Origin: Escherichia coli
GTDB taxonomy: Bacteria; Pseudomonadota; Gammaproteobacteria; Enterobacterales; Enterobacteriaceae
Reading direction: 5' to 3' (one strand)
NCBI RefSeq assembly: GCF_003790525.1
Contig: NZ_CP033635.1
DNA: 64,000 nt
Within the stretch, counting starts at the first letter, position 1, and every line of letters starts with the position of its first letter. Below the pieces are notes generated by a model. It saw only the letters and a program-made list of their open reading frames with translations. It ran no database searches and was not told the origin of the DNA. The translations under genes and the position numbers were made by a program. This document shows positions 50,117 to 62,785 of the stretch, piece after piece.

Positions 50117-51232
50117 TTAAACGCCCGGCTCCTTATGCAGTCGACGACATGCAGTGCCATCCTCACGGAACAGATGGCAACGCTCTGGCGGCAGGCCGAT
50201 AGCGAATGTGGCACCTTCTTCTACCAACACCACGTCGTTCTGGCGGTACACCAGGTTTTGACGAATGGAAGGGATCTGGATATGGATTTGGGTTTCGTTG
50301 CCGAGTTGCTCGACGACCTGAACTTCACCCTCAAGGATGACGTCAGCGATATCACTCGGCAGTAGATGTTCCGGGCGAATACCCAGCGACATATTGGCTC
50401 CAACCTGGACATCACGGCTTTCAACCGGCAGCCAGACTTGCTGACGATTTGGCATCGGCAGCTCCACCTGCACTTGATCGATTGCAGTGGCGGTCACTTT
50501 TACTGGCAGGAAGTTCATCTTTGGCGAACCGATAAATCCGGCGACAAAACGGTCTGCCGGATAGTGGTACAGCTCCAGCGGTTTCCCAACCTGCGCCACG
50601 CGACCAGCGTCCAGCACCACGATTTTGTCGGCCAGCGTCATCGCTTCGACCTGATCGTGGGTGACGTAAATCATTGTGCGGCCCAGGCGTTTATGCAGAC
50701 GGGAGATTTCGATACGCATTTGCACACGCAGTGCAGCATCGAGGTTGGAGAGCGGTTCATCGAGCAAAAATACGCTTGGCTCGGCCACCAGCGTACGGCC
50801 AATCGCCACACGCTGACGCTGACCACCGGAGAGCGCTTTCGGTTTGCGATCCAGCAAATGCGCCAGTTGCAGCACTTCCGCTACCTGGTTGACGCGTTGG
50901 TTAATCACCTCTTTTTTTGCGCCTGCCAGTTTCAGGCCAAATGACATGTTTTCTGCTACTGACAGGTGGGGATAGAGCGCGTAAGACTGAAACACCATAC
51001 CAACGCCGCGTTCTGCTGGCGGAGTGTCATTCATCCGTTTCTCACCGATGAACAGGTCGCCGCTGGTGATCGTCTCAAGCCCGGCAATCATGCGCAGTAA
51101 AGTCGACTTACCGCAGCCAGACGGTCCGACAAACACCACGAATTCACCTTCATGGATATCGAGATTGATATCTTTCGATACCACGACCTCGCCCCAGGCT
51201 TTCGTTACATTTTGCAGCTGTACGCTCGCCAT
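50117..51232 (-). CDS. malK: Maltose ABC transporter ATP-binding protein
   Basis: 371 aa from [14 protein letters not shown]; Walker [17 protein letters not shown] signature. Confidence 0.96.
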   Translation of the reverse strand: MASVQLQNVTKAWGEVVVSKDINLDIHEGEFVVFVGPSGCGKSTLLRMIAGLETITSGDLFIGEKRMNDTPPAERGVGMVFQSYALYPHLSVAENMSFGLKLAGAKKEVINQRVNQVAEVLQLAHLLDRKPKALSGGQRQRVAIGRTLVAEPSVFLLDEPLSNLDAALRVQMRIEISRLHKRLGRTMIYVTHDQVEAMTLADKIVVLDAGRVAQVGKPLELYHYPADRFVAGFIGSPKMNFLPVKVTATAIDQVQVELPMPNRQQVWLPVESRDVQVGANMSLGIRPEHLLPSDIADVILEGEVQVVEQLGNETQIHIQIPSIRQNLVYRQNDVVLVEEGATFAIGLPPERCHLFREDGTACRRLHKEPGV

Positions 51233-52787
<1,555 letters not shown>

Positions 52788-52798
52788 TGCTGTGAAAT

Positions 52799-52922
52799 GC
52801 CGGATGCGGCGTGAACGCCTTGTCCGGCCTACAAAACCGAAACGTATGTAGGCCTGGTAAGGCGCGTCAGCGTCGCATCAGGCAGTTGTTGTCGGATAAG
52901 GCGTGAAAGCCTTATCCGTCCT
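52799..52922. repeat. REP/BIME cluster in the malE-malF intergenic region
   Basis: Inverted palindromic units GCCGGATGCGGCGTGAACGCCTTGTCCGGCCTAC / GTAGGCCTGGTAAGGCGCG...CGCATCAGGC. Confidence 0.85.
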
Positions 52923-52940
52923 GGAATGAGGAAGAACCCC

Positions 52941-54485
52941 ATGGATGTCATTAAAAAGAAACATTGGTGGCAAAGCGACGCGCTGAAATGGTCAGTGTTA
53001 GGTCTGCTCGGCCTGCTGGTGGGTTACCTTGTTGTTTTAATGTACGCACAAGGGGAATACCTGTTCGCCATTACCACGCTGATATTGAGTTCAGCGGGGC
53101 TGTATATTTTCGCCAATCGTAAAGCCTACGCCTGGCGCTATGTTTACCCGGGAATGGCTGGAATGGGATTATTCGTCCTCTTCCCTTTGGTCTGCACCAT
53201 CGCCATTGCCTTTACCAACTACAGCAGCACTAACCAGCTGACTTTTGAACGTGCGCAGGAAGTGTTGTTAGATCGCTCCTGGCAAGCAGGCAAAACCTAT
53301 AATTTTGGTCTTTACCCGGCGGGCGATGAGTGGCAACTGGCGCTCAGCGACGGCGAAACCGGCAAAAATTACCTCTCCGACGCGTTTAAATTTGGCGGCG
53401 AGCAAAAACTGCAACTGAAAGAAACGACCGCCCAGCCCGAAGGCGAACGCGCGAATCTGCGCGTGATTACCCAGAATCGTCAGGCACTGAGTGACATTAC
53501 CGCCATTCTGCCGGATGGCAACAAAGTGATGATGAGCTCCCTGCGCCAGTTTTCTGGCACGCAGCCGCTCTACACACTCGACGGTGACGGCACGCTGACG
53601 AATAATCAGAGCGGCGTAAAATATCGTCCAAACGACCAGATTGGTTTTTACCAGTCCATCACTGCTGACGGCAACTGGGGTGATGAAAAGCTAAGCCCCG
53701 GTTACACCGTGACCACCGGCTGGAAAAACTTTACCCGCGTCTTTACCGACGAAGGCATTCAGAAACCGTTCCTCGCCATTTTCGTCTGGACCGTGGTGTT
53801 CTCGCTGATCACTGTCTTTTTAACGGTGGCGGTCGGCATGGTTCTGGCGTGTCTGGTGCAGTGGGAAGCGTTGCGCGGCAAAGCGGTCTATCGCGTCCTG
53901 CTTATTCTGCCCTACGCGGTGCCATCGTTCATTTCAATCTTGATTTTCAAAGGGTTGTTTAACCAGAGCTTCGGTGAGATCAACATGATGTTGAGCGCGC
54001 TGTTTGGCGTGAAGCCCGCCTGGTTCAGCGATCCGACCACCGCCCGAACGATGCTGATTATCGTCAATACCTGGCTGGGTTATCCGTACATGATGATCCT
54101 CTGCATGGGCTTGCTGAAAGCGATTCCGGACGATTTGTATGAAGCCTCAGCAATGGATGGCGCAGGTCCGTTCCAGAACTTCTTTAAGATTACGCTGCCG
54201 CTGCTGATTAAACCGCTGACGCCGCTGATGATCGCCAGCTTCGCCTTTAACTTTAACAACTTCGTGCTGATTCAACTGTTAACCAACGGCGGCCCGGATC
54301 GTCTTGGCACGACCACGCCAGCCGGTTATACCGACCTGCTTGTTAACTACACCTACCGCATCGCTTTTGAAGGCGGCGGGGGTCAGGACTTCGGTCTGGC
54401 AGCAGCAATTGCCACGCTGATCTTCCTGCTGGTGGGTGCGCTGGCGATAGTGAACCTGAAAGCCACGCGAATGAAGTTTGATTAA
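52941..54485 (+). CDS. malF: Maltose ABC transporter permease
   Basis: 514 aa from [10 protein letters not shown]; large periplasmic P2 loop; EAA motif region. Confidence 0.95.
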   Translation: MDVIKKKHWWQSDALKWSVLGLLGLLVGYLVVLMYAQGEYLFAITTLILSSAGLYIFANRKAYAWRYVYPGMAGMGLFVLFPLVCTIAIAFTNYSSTNQLTFERAQEVLLDRSWQAGKTYNFGLYPAGDEWQLALSDGETGKNYLSDAFKFGGEQKLQLKETTAQPEGERANLRVITQNRQALSDITAILPDGNKVMMSSLRQFSGTQPLYTLDGDGTLTNNQSGVKYRPNDQIGFYQSITADGNWGDEKLSPGYTVTTGWKNFTRVFTDEGIQKPFLAIFVWTVVFSLITVFLTVAVGMVLACLVQWEALRGKAVYRVLLILPYAVPSFISILIFKGLFNQSFGEINMMLSALFGVKPAWFSDPTTARTMLIIVNTWLGYPYMMILCMGLLKAIPDDLYEASAMDGAGPFQNFFKITLPLLIKPLTPLMIASFAFNFNNFVLIQLLTNGGPDRLGTTTPAGYTDLLVNYTYRIAFEGGGGQDFGLAAAIATLIFLLVGALAIVNLKATRMKFD

Positions 54486-54499
54486 GGGAGATAACAAAA

Positions 54500-55390
54500 A
54501 TGGCAATGGTCCAACCGAAATCGCAAAAAGCACGTTTGTTTATTACTCACCTGCTACTGCTACTTTTTATCGCGGCGATTATGTTCCCGCTGCTGATGGT
54601 CGTCGCCATCTCGCTGCGTCAGGGGAACTTCGCGACTGGCAGCCTGATCCCGGAGCAAATCTCCTGGGATCACTGGAAACTGGCGTTAGGTTTTAGTGTG
54701 GAACAGGCTGATGGTCGCATTACGCCACCGCCATTCCCGGTACTGCTGTGGCTGTGGAACTCGGTAAAGGTCGCCGGGATTTCCGCGATTGGCATTGTGG
54801 CGCTCTCCACCACCTGCGCCTACGCTTTCGCCCGTATGCGCTTTCCAGGCAAAGCGACGCTGCTGAAAGGAATGCTGATTTTCCAGATGTTCCCGGCAGT
54901 ACTTTCACTGGTCGCGTTGTATGCGTTGTTTGATCGTCTGGGTGAGTACATTCCATTCATTGGTCTGAATACTCACGGCGGCGTAATTTTCGCGTATCTG
55001 GGCGGGATTGCGCTGCATGTCTGGACCATCAAAGGTTATTTCGAAACCATCGACAGTTCGCTGGAAGAAGCGGCGGCGCTGGATGGTGCGACACCGTGGC
55101 AGGCCTTCCGCCTTGTCCTGTTGCCGCTGTCAGTACCGATTCTGGCGGTGGTGTTCATCCTGTCGTTTATCGCTGCCATTACTGAAGTTCCGGTCGCGTC
55201 GCTATTACTGCGTGACGTAAACAGCTACACCCTGGCTGTGGGGATGCAGCAATACCTCAACCCGCAAAACTACCTGTGGGGTGACTTTGCCGCCGCTGCC
55301 GTGATGTCTGCATTACCGATCACCATCGTCTTCCTGCTGGCTCAACGCTGGCTGGTCAACGGCCTGACGGCAGGTGGTGTGAAAGGTTAA
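54500..55390 (+). CDS. malG: Maltose ABC transporter permease
   Basis: 296 aa; [23 protein letters not shown] loop. Confidence 0.95.
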
Positions 55391-55460
55391 AGATGTTGTT
55401 CTGCCAATGTTATGCCGCTGCACCCTCAACTTACGTTATCCCAACTTGTGACTGTTATTC

Positions 55461-55485
55461 GGCGCTCCACGGAGCGCCTTTTTTT
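55461..55485. terminator. Terminator hairpin between malG and psiE
   Basis: GGCGCTCCacggAGCGCC followed by T7. Confidence 0.75.
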
Positions 55486-55894
55486 ACTCCCGCTTCAGCC
55501 GTTTCGAATTACACAGCCACAGGGTGATCACCAGTAACAGGATCGCTGCCGAGTAGATCAACACATCCAGTGGCGATTTATGATCGACGATGATCAAGCG
55601 CACAATGGCGGTGATCCCAATATAGACAAAGTAACGTAGCGGGAAGTGAAAACCGGACTGAAAGTACTTCACAATCAGCGCGATAAATTCGAAATAGAGA
55701 AAGTAAACCACCAGCCCTTCTACCAGCTCATATTTGCTGGTTTGTTCTGGCGCGAACAGCACATCAGCCAGATGCACCGTTTCTTTGCCGAGGAAGACAA
55801 CCAAAATAAGGCCGAGGCACAGCAGGCCAAGATTGAGTACGGTCTGCAAAATGGTGGAGATAAACTCCACGCGCGGACGAGAGAGTGACGTCAT
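55484..55894 (-). CDS. psiE: Phosphate-starvation-inducible membrane protein
   Basis: 136 aa four-TM protein [14 protein letters not shown]. Confidence 0.92.
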
Positions 55895-56108
55895 AGCAGT
55901 ACCTCCTTCACAGTGGCGAGCTTCCTGTATAACGCAAAAATGTGACGGAGATCTATATTTTTTGTGTATGTTTTGTTCAGCTCAATTAAGTGGGCATCTC
56001 CCATCAACGTCGCATCTGGCAAAACACACAGCCCAAAAAAATCACCCATTCAGGTGATTCCCAGCCACCAGCAATGCGCGAAAAATCGACAATGTTCCTC
56101 TGGAACAA

Positions 56109-56387
56109 ATGAAACGTAACCTGATAAAGGTGGTAAAAATGAAGCCTTATTTTGCTGCTTTGATGTTATCAGTCTCTGTTCTTCCTGCTTATGCCGGTCC
56201 GCTCGGTACTGCTGATAAAGCCGACCTACCGCAAAGCAATGTCTCCAGCCCAATGATGGCCCAGTCGCTCAGGCAACCAGACCTGCAACCAATATCGACG
56301 GACAGGAAGACAGAATGTTTTCGCCTTTACACACCAGATCGCAAACCGGGGGTGAACTGCGTTCCTGATGGCTCGACAGGCCATTAA
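56109..56387 (+). CDS. yjbT: Small secreted protein YjbT
   Basis: 92 aa ORF with signal peptide (second Met at 56139 is an alternative start); two Cys. Confidence 0.6.
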   Translation: MKRNLIKVVKMKPYFAALMLSVSVLPAYAGPLGTADKADLPQSNVSSPMMAQSLRQPDLQPISTDRKTECFRLYTPDRKPGVNCVPDGSTGH

Positions 56388-56433
56388 GAATAAAGGTGCC
56401 AGTGAGTGCGAAAACTGGCACCTTTCCCATGAC

Positions 56434-58530
56434 TTAGCGGAAATTGACGCTACGGTCGCTGGTCATGTCATACAACTGGAACTTACGCCCAAGTTGCTGA
56501 CCACCGTCACGCGTCAGCGGCGTCCAGCCAATTGCCGCACGACTGCGTGTTGGGCCAGACGAGAAGAGATCCAGCGGTACAGAGACATATACGCCTTTGG
56601 TGAAGTCCCCTTCGCCGTACTCCTCTTTCGAAACATTGGTGATCGTGGCATAGCCACCCACCACCACGCCGCTATCAAAGCGTTTGGCGATCTCCAGCGT
56701 GCCGCCTTTATCCCCTGCCAGATACTGCCCGATGCTGGCTTTCACTAACACATCCTGAGCGAAAGATGGCGTCCAGTAGGCGGTCAGATGTCCGGTTTTC
56801 ACGCTGTAATCGGTGAATTTCATCATATCTTTTGCGCTACGCCAGTCGCGCTGTTTAACGTAGTTGGCATCCAGACCAAACGCCCAGTTGCTGTCCAGCG
56901 GGCGATACAACACTTCAGCCCCCACGCCGCCAAACATGGTTTCGAGATAACCTCCGTAGACCTGACCGTAGAAGCCGTTGCCCAGATGCTGGAAGTAGTT
57001 GGCTTGCAGGTTATTCACATAGACATCATTCTGCACATACTCGCGCACATGGGTACGAACGCGCGGTAAGTGCGAGTCCTGCGGTGGATTGGTGTAGTTA
57101 AACTTGTCGTAGTTGTTGGCAAGGTTAGCAAACAGGCTGCCGGTGGTGAGCAGATGCTCCGTCAGCCACAAATCCGCCGTTCCCATCACGCCCAGCTGAT
57201 ACATGTAAAAGTTTTCCGGGCCACCGACCGACTGGTTCAGCACCGGATCGATATGGAAATCAAAGCGTGATTTGTCAATATACCAGCCCTGCTCGGTGGA
57301 CTTCGGAACCACTGGCTCGACGCGTTTTTGCGCCAGCTTCGTTTCGTGGCCCAACGGCTCTCCGGCGAGATGATTTTTCAGGCTGGCGACATCGGTTTCC
57401 GTCGTCACCTGCGGCATGTTAAGGCGATTTTCCGTAATGCGGATCGTTTTGATCCCATCCGGCAGATCGTTCATCACGATCCGATTAGCACGGATGATCC
57501 CTTCGCGCGAATCACGATATTTCACCTGCTCGCCGGTAACATACAGCGTATCGCCTTTCGCCTGGATCTGCGGATCGGCCAGTCCGGCGTTGTATTTCAA
57601 CAGCGTTAACTGATTCGCCACCACCGAATGCTGCAAAATGGCATCCTGTGGCTGCGGTTGATATTGCGGGCGGGCGTTATCGTTATACGAAGGACGCAGA
57701 TCGTTAAAGTTGGTGCGCAGCGTGACGCCAAACATAAAGGTGTTGCCACGTTCATAGCTAAGGTTAACGTCGGCCCAATCGGTAACGCGATAAATCGCCC
57801 CGACGTTAAACTTACTTTTTTGCTCCAGCTTCCCGGCAAAATCCTGCTGATAATTATTGCCTTCATACTCCAGTTTCAGGCGCAGCGGTTGCCAGGGCGT
57901 CTGGTATTCCACGCCGCCAAACAGTGAGGCCGGGCCGTGGAACATCTGGCTACCGTCGATAGATCCCGCCTGTTTATAGCTGTTATCGCGATAGCAATAT
58001 TTATCACTGGCTGAACAGAGCGGATTTTTCACATTACCGCTGGTGCCCAGATATCCCCAGCCCAGGCCGAGCGTAAAATCGAACGGCCCCCAGGCTTTGC
58101 TGGCGACAAGATATTCCGCATCAAACAGCCCCGTACCGCCGATATCCCGCGCACCAACCGCCACTTGCGGCAGCCAATAACTCTCTTCCCACAAACGCAG
58201 TTTGAGATCGAAGGCTTTATCTTTATACGTTTGATCACCAGAGAACGCTTCGACGCTGCTGTACTGCCGGGTGCGCACGTCGGTGTAGCGCAGCGTTGTT
58301 TCCAGCCACGGGAAGAGTTGCACTGAAGCTGAGTAATAACGGTACTGATCGTTATCGCGATAGTTCAGGCTCAACTCCCCTTCCCGCGCCATGCGCGCGG
58401 TGGGCGTTTGTAATAATCCTACGCCACCGAAATCCGACTGCGACGGACCAATGGGCGCAGGATATGTTTCGCCGTAGCAAGCTGTGCTAATGCCCAGCGC
58501 CAGTAAGCTAAGCAGATGTCTTTTTTTCAT
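56434..58530 (-). CDS. yjbH: Outer-membrane beta-barrel lipoprotein-like protein (exopolysaccharide locus)
   Basis: 698 aa, signal peptide with lipobox-like LGISTAC, C-terminal aromatic residue. Confidence 0.85.
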   Translation of the reverse strand: MKKRHLLSLLALGISTACYGETYPAPIGPSQSDFGGVGLLQTPTARMAREGELSLNYRDNDQYRYYSASVQLFPWLETTLRYTDVRTRQYSSVEAFSGDQTYKDKAFDLKLRLWEESYWLPQVAVGARDIGGTGLFDAEYLVASKAWGPFDFTLGLGWGYLGTSGNVKNPLCSASDKYCYRDNSYKQAGSIDGSQMFHGPASLFGGVEYQTPWQPLRLKLEYEGNNYQQDFAGKLEQKSKFNVGAIYRVTDWADVNLSYERGNTFMFGVTLRTNFNDLRPSYNDNARPQYQPQPQDAILQHSVVANQLTLLKYNAGLADPQIQAKGDTLYVTGEQVKYRDSREGIIRANRIVMNDLPDGIKTIRITENRLNMPQVTTETDVASLKNHLAGEPLGHETKLAQKRVEPVVPKSTEQGWYIDKSRFDFHIDPVLNQSVGGPENFYMYQLGVMGTADLWLTEHLLTTGSLFANLANNYDKFNYTNPPQDSHLPRVRTHVREYVQNDVYVNNLQANYFQHLGNGFYGQVYGGYLETMFGGVGAEVLYRPLDSNWAFGLDANYVKQRDWRSAKDMMKFTDYSVKTGHLTAYWTPSFAQDVLVKASIGQYLAGDKGGTLEIAKRFDSGVVVGGYATITNVSKEEYGEGDFTKGVYVSVPLDLFSSGPTRSRAAIGWTPLTRDGGQQLGRKFQLYDMTSDRSVNFR

Positions 58531-59267
58531 TATTGAGGTATCCGCTGCGTCAGAGTCTGAAGAATGTCGGCGTTAAGGGCATCAGACGTCTCACTCCAGA
58601 CGGAGTCCGCGAGGCCAACATAAATAATGCTGCCGGGCATCGGCTCTACGTGACGCTTGTTCCAGTAAGCCACCGGCGCTTTTTGCGTGCGTCCGTCCGG
58701 GTAAACCACCCACGCGTAGCTGCGATCCGCACCGCTAAGCAGGTTCTGCCCGGAGAGATAGCTCGCCACGTCGCGACCTGGAGTGAATGGCTGCTTGCCA
58801 GGACGGCTTATAAGCCCGAATAACGTGACCGTGGACGGCGGTGGTCCGACCCACAGCGTGTAGTTGCCCTGCAACGGCGGGTTACCGCGTTCGGCAACGC
58901 GGACGATATCAGGATCAAGATTGATTTTTTGCCTGCCCGTCACTTTCAACGCCTGAATTTGCTGGCGTAAGGCGTTAATTGCGGCGGCATCGTCGGCGCT
59001 GGAATCTGCAGCCAGTTCTGCCAGCCGTGTCAGCAACGCCTGCTGCTGACGCAATGCTGCCGCCGTGGCCAGCTCTTCGCTAATCACCGCACCAGGCCAC
59101 CAGCTGTTTGCCAGCTGCGGTTGGCCTACCAGATCGATTAAATGCTCTGCGCCCGTCAGCGTTTTAGCCTCACTGCTGCCATTGCTGAACACCTTGACGG
59201 TTCCCGCCGCGAAGACTGATGACGCCCCCGCACTCAAAAGCAACGCGACAATAGTTTGTTTAATCAT
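58530..59267 (-). CDS. yjbG: Periplasmic protein YjbG
   Basis: 245 aa with signal peptide; 1-bp stop/start overlap with yjbH. Confidence 0.85.
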   Translation of the reverse strand: MIKQTIVALLLSAGASSVFAAGTVKVFSNGSSEAKTLTGAEHLIDLVGQPQLANSWWPGAVISEELATAAALRQQQALLTRLAELAADSSADDAAAINALRQQIQALKVTGRQKINLDPDIVRVAERGNPPLQGNYTLWVGPPPSTVTLFGLISRPGKQPFTPGRDVASYLSGQNLLSGADRSYAWVVYPDGRTQKAPVAYWNKRHVEPMPGSIIYVGLADSVWSETSDALNADILQTLTQRIPQ

Positions 59268-59932
59268 TGTTTTGCCGCCTTGATGAGGGTGGTTTTCACC
59301 GGGAAATAATCCGCGCCGAGATACTGTTCCGACTGGCGAATTTGCCCTTCGCTGTCGATCCAGTAGCGGTTATGCCAGCGCGCCTGGTCGGTGGAGACTT
59401 CTTCGTCCAGCATGCGAACCGGGGTTTCATCGCTGCCGACCTTGACGGTATCGGTGCCATCCCATTTGAAGACTGAGCGTGCGGTGGCGTAGCGTACCTG
59501 CTGGTACTCGGTCCAGCCCATCGTGCGCGTCCAGGTTGCACCATCAACAATTTGTGCGGGTTTAATCAGCGGGTCGGCAGCAAGGTTATTCACTTCAATC
59601 AGGTTGTCGCCGCCAAGCAAAGTCTTCACCAGACGACCATGTTGTGTGACAAGGGTGGCCTGATCCTGAGTGACCCATTTTTGTTGTCCGTCTTCAGCGA
59701 AGGCCAGCACCACAAATAACTGCGGCCCGCCATTAAGCTGCATGTACTGGCTGGCGTAGGGCATATTTTGAATATCATCGTCCGTCAGTTGTACGCCTGG
59801 CGTACCGAACAGACTGTCCCACAGTGAATTGCCCAGCTCTTTAGTCGTGGCTGAACAGGCCTGTAATAGCAGGCAGATAAGAATGAGTGCAGGTCGCTTC
59901 ACGACTCTTCTCCAGAGGGGCAGAATAACCAC
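59264..59932 (-). CDS. yjbF: Lipoprotein YjbF
   Basis: Lipobox LLQAC; overlaps yjbG by 4 bp; N-terminal start uncertain. Confidence 0.82.
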   Translation of the reverse strand: MVILPLWRRVVKRPALILICLLLQACSATTKELGNSLWDSLFGTPGVQLTDDDIQNMPYASQYMQLNGGPQLFVVLAFAEDGQQKWVTQDQATLVTQHGRLVKTLLGGDNLIEVNNLAADPLIKPAQIVDGATWTRTMGWTEYQQVRYATARSVFKWDGTDTVKVGSDETPVRMLDEEVSTDQARWHNRYWIDSEGQIRQSEQYLGADYFPVKTTLIKAAKQ

Positions 59933-60015
59933 ACCGGAGTGTGGTTATGGTAAATCCCTTCATACTTCAAGCCACAGATGCGATGACTCGAATTATTTTG
60001 GGGATACATACTTTA

Positions 60016-60258
60016 TTACTGGGTACTGGTGGTCGTGGTTGTGGTGGTCCCGGTATTAGAACCATCACCGCCACCGGTTGCCGCGAGCGCGACACCCACC
60101 GCCGAGCTTACGGTGCTGACGCTGGTCGCGGAGGAACTCCCCGCCGAAACCGACGTTGCTGCCGACCCTGCCGCTTCGCCCACCTGTACAGGTGCAGCCC
60201 ACGCAGAAGTCGCCGCAAGCGCAGATATGGCAAAAATGCCATACAGAACTTTTTTCAT
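60016..60258 (-). CDS. yjbE: Secreted low-complexity Ala/Ser/Thr/Gly-rich protein YjbE
   Basis: 80 aa, signal peptide then [15 protein letters not shown]...[10 protein letters not shown]; first gene of yjbEFGH. Confidence 0.8.
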
Positions 60259-60568
60259 AACAATTTCCCTTCATTGAATGAATGGAGATTTACCCAAAAA
60301 CATTTCGGGCGGGATCGAGTATACACAACTAAAGCATGCGAATTACGGCGCGGGTAATTAGTGATGGGGTTTTAGGATAATTGGAATGAATATCAAATAT
60401 AAGCTTCAGATTATATATAAATAACACTAAAAATCATAAGCTTAAAATAAAAATAAAAGTAATTAATCTGCGTATTTTCCGAAATCAATCACGATTAAAA
60501 ATCTATTTTAGGATTAACCTCACGGTATGATTTCCGTTAAATCACAGACAAGGGGATTTATCTGATAA

Positions 60569-60600
60569 AAAATGCCGACATAACGTCGGCATTTTTATTA
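60569..60600. terminator. Bidirectional terminator downstream of pgi
   Basis: AAAAAATGCCGACataaCGTCGGCATTTTTATT. Confidence 0.8.
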
Positions 60601-60611
60601 GGGTTATTTAA

Positions 60612-62261
60612 TTAACCGCGCCACGCTTTATAGCGGTTAATCAGACCATTGGTCGAGCTATCGTGGCTGCTGATTTCTTTGTCATCTTTCAGCTCTGGCA
60701 GAATACGGTTCGCCAGTTGTTTACCCAGCTCCACGCCCCACTGGTCGAAGGTGAAGATGTTCAGGATCACGCCCTGAGTAAAGATTTTGTGCTCATACAG
60801 CGCAATCAACGCACCCAGGCTGAACGGAGTGATTTCACGCAGCAGGATGGAGTTGGTCGGGCGGTTACCTTCGAACACTTTGAACGGCACCACGTAGTCA
60901 AGCGTTGCCGGATCTTTACCCTGATCGCGATATTCCTGCTCAACCACTTCGCGGGATTTACCAAACGCCAGCGCTTCGGTCTGAGCGAAGAAGTTAGACA
61001 GCAGTTTCTGGTGATGATCAGAGAGCGGGTTATGGGTGATAGCCGGAGCGATGAAATCGCACGGTACCATTTTGGTTCCCTGGTGGATCAGCTGGTAGAA
61101 CGCGTGCTGACCGTTAGTACCTGGTTCACCCCAGATAATCGGGCCAGTCTGGTAATCCACAACGTTACCGTTACGGTCAACATACTTACCGTTGGACTCC
61201 ATATTGCCCTGCTGGAAGTACGCCGCGAAACGGTGCATATACTGGTCATACGGCAGAATCGCTTCAGTTTCCGCACCAAAGAAATTGTTGTACCAGATGC
61301 CAATCAGCGCCAGCAAGACAGGCAGGTTTTTCTCGGCAGGCGTGGTGGAGAAATGCTTGTCCATCGCGTGTGCGCCAGAAAGCAGTTCAACGAAGTTATC
61401 AAAGCCGATGGAGAGAACAATCGACAGGCCAATCGCTGACCACAAAGAGTAACGACCGCCGACCCAGTCCCAGAATTCGAACATGTTGGCAGTATCAATA
61501 CCAAACTCGCCAACGGCTTTGGCATTGGTGGAAAGCGCCGCAAAGTGTTTCGCAACGTGTTTCTCATCACCTGCCGCTTTCAGGAACCAGTCACGCGCGC
61601 TATGGGCGTTGGTCATGGTTTCCTGAGTGGTGAAGGTTTTAGATGCTACCAGGAACAGCGTGGTTTCCGGGTTTACTTTTTTCAGCACTTCCGCGATGTG
61701 AGTCCCATCGACGTTAGAAACAAAGTGCATGTTCAGGTGGTTTTTGTACGGACGCAGTGCTTCGGTCACCATGTACGGGCCGAGGTCAGAACCACCGATC
61801 CCGATGTTCACTACGTCAGTGATTGCTTTGCCGGTATAGCCTTTCCACTCACCGGAAATAATCGCTTCCGAGAAGGTTTTCATCTTCTCCAGCACCGCGT
61901 TGACTTCCGGCATAACATCTTTGCCATCAACCAGAATCGGGGTATTGCTACGGTTACGCAGCGCTACGTGCAGTACGGCGCGGTTTTCAGTGCGGTTGAT
62001 CTTCTCGCCAGAGAACATCGACTTAATCGCGCCCGCCAGATCGCACTCTTTCGCCAGATCTTGTAATTTCGCCAGCGTCTCTTCAGTGATGCGGTTTTTG
62101 GAGTAATCCACCAGCATCTGATCGTCGAAGGTTACGGAGAACTTAGAAAAACGATCGCCGTCTTTAGCAAAAAGATCGGCGATCGTAACGTCTTTCATTT
62201 CATCGAAGTGTTTCTGTAGTGCCTGCCAGGCAGCGGTCTGCGTTGGATTGATGTTTTTCAT
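60612..62261 (-). CDS. pgi: Glucose-6-phosphate isomerase
   Basis: 549 aa from [15 protein letters not shown]; PGI family signatures. Confidence 0.96.
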   Translation of the reverse strand: MKNINPTQTAAWQALQKHFDEMKDVTIADLFAKDGDRFSKFSVTFDDQMLVDYSKNRITEETLAKLQDLAKECDLAGAIKSMFSGEKINRTENRAVLHVALRNRSNTPILVDGKDVMPEVNAVLEKMKTFSEAIISGEWKGYTGKAITDVVNIGIGGSDLGPYMVTEALRPYKNHLNMHFVSNVDGTHIAEVLKKVNPETTLFLVASKTFTTQETMTNAHSARDWFLKAAGDEKHVAKHFAALSTNAKAVGEFGIDTANMFEFWDWVGGRYSLWSAIGLSIVLSIGFDNFVELLSGAHAMDKHFSTTPAEKNLPVLLALIGIWYNNFFGAETEAILPYDQYMHRFAAYFQQGNMESNGKYVDRNGNVVDYQTGPIIWGEPGTNGQHAFYQLIHQGTKMVPCDFIAPAITHNPLSDHHQKLLSNFFAQTEALAFGKSREVVEQEYRDQGKDPATLDYVVPFKVFEGNRPTNSILLREITPFSLGALIALYEHKIFTQGVILNIFTFDQWGVELGKQLANRILPELKDDKEISSHDSSTNGLINRYKAWRG

Positions 62262-62504
62262 TAGCAATACTCTTCTGATTTTGAGAATTGTGACTTTGGA
62301 AGATTGTAGCGCCAGTCACAGAAAAATGTGATGGTTTTAGTGCCGTTAGCGTAATGTTGAGTGTAAACCCTTAGCGCAGTGAAGCATTTATTAGCTGAAC
62401 TACTGACCGCCAGGAGTGGATGAAAAATCCGCATGACCCCATCGTTGACAACCGCCCCGCTCACCCTTTATTTATAAATGTACTACCTGCGCTAGCGCAG
62501 GCCA

Positions 62505-62700
62505 GAAGAGGCGCGTTGCCCAAGTAACGGTGTTGGAGGAGCCAGTCCTGTGATAACACCTGAGGGGGTGCATCGCCGAGGTGATTGAACGGCTGGCCAC
62601 GTTCATCATCGGCTACAGGGGCTGAATCCCCTGGGTTGTCACCAGAAGCGTTCGCAGTCGGGCGTTTCGCAAGTGGTGGAGCACTTCTGGGTGAAAATAG
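62505..62700 (+). ncRNA. Lysine riboswitch (L-box) in the lysC leader
   Basis: Long structured 5' leader (about 320 nt) upstream of lysC containing AGAGGCGC...TTGCC...GGAGGAGCCAG L-box-like core; aptamer boundaries approximate. Confidence 0.65.
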
Positions 62701-62785
62701 TAGCGAAGTATCGCTCTGCGCCCACCCGTCTTCCGCTCTTCCCTTGTGCCAAGGCTGAAAATGGATCCCCTGACACGAGGTAGTT

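Noticed and set aside
59941-60357. 138-aa Arg-rich ORF and an 82-aa ORF on the plus strand over yjbE
   Set aside because: Antisense to yjbE coding sequence and its promoter; composition artefact of the Ala/Thr/Gly-rich codons.
60663-61439. 258-aa ORF antisense to pgi, plus 61545..62066
   Set aside because: Shadow ORFs inside pgi.
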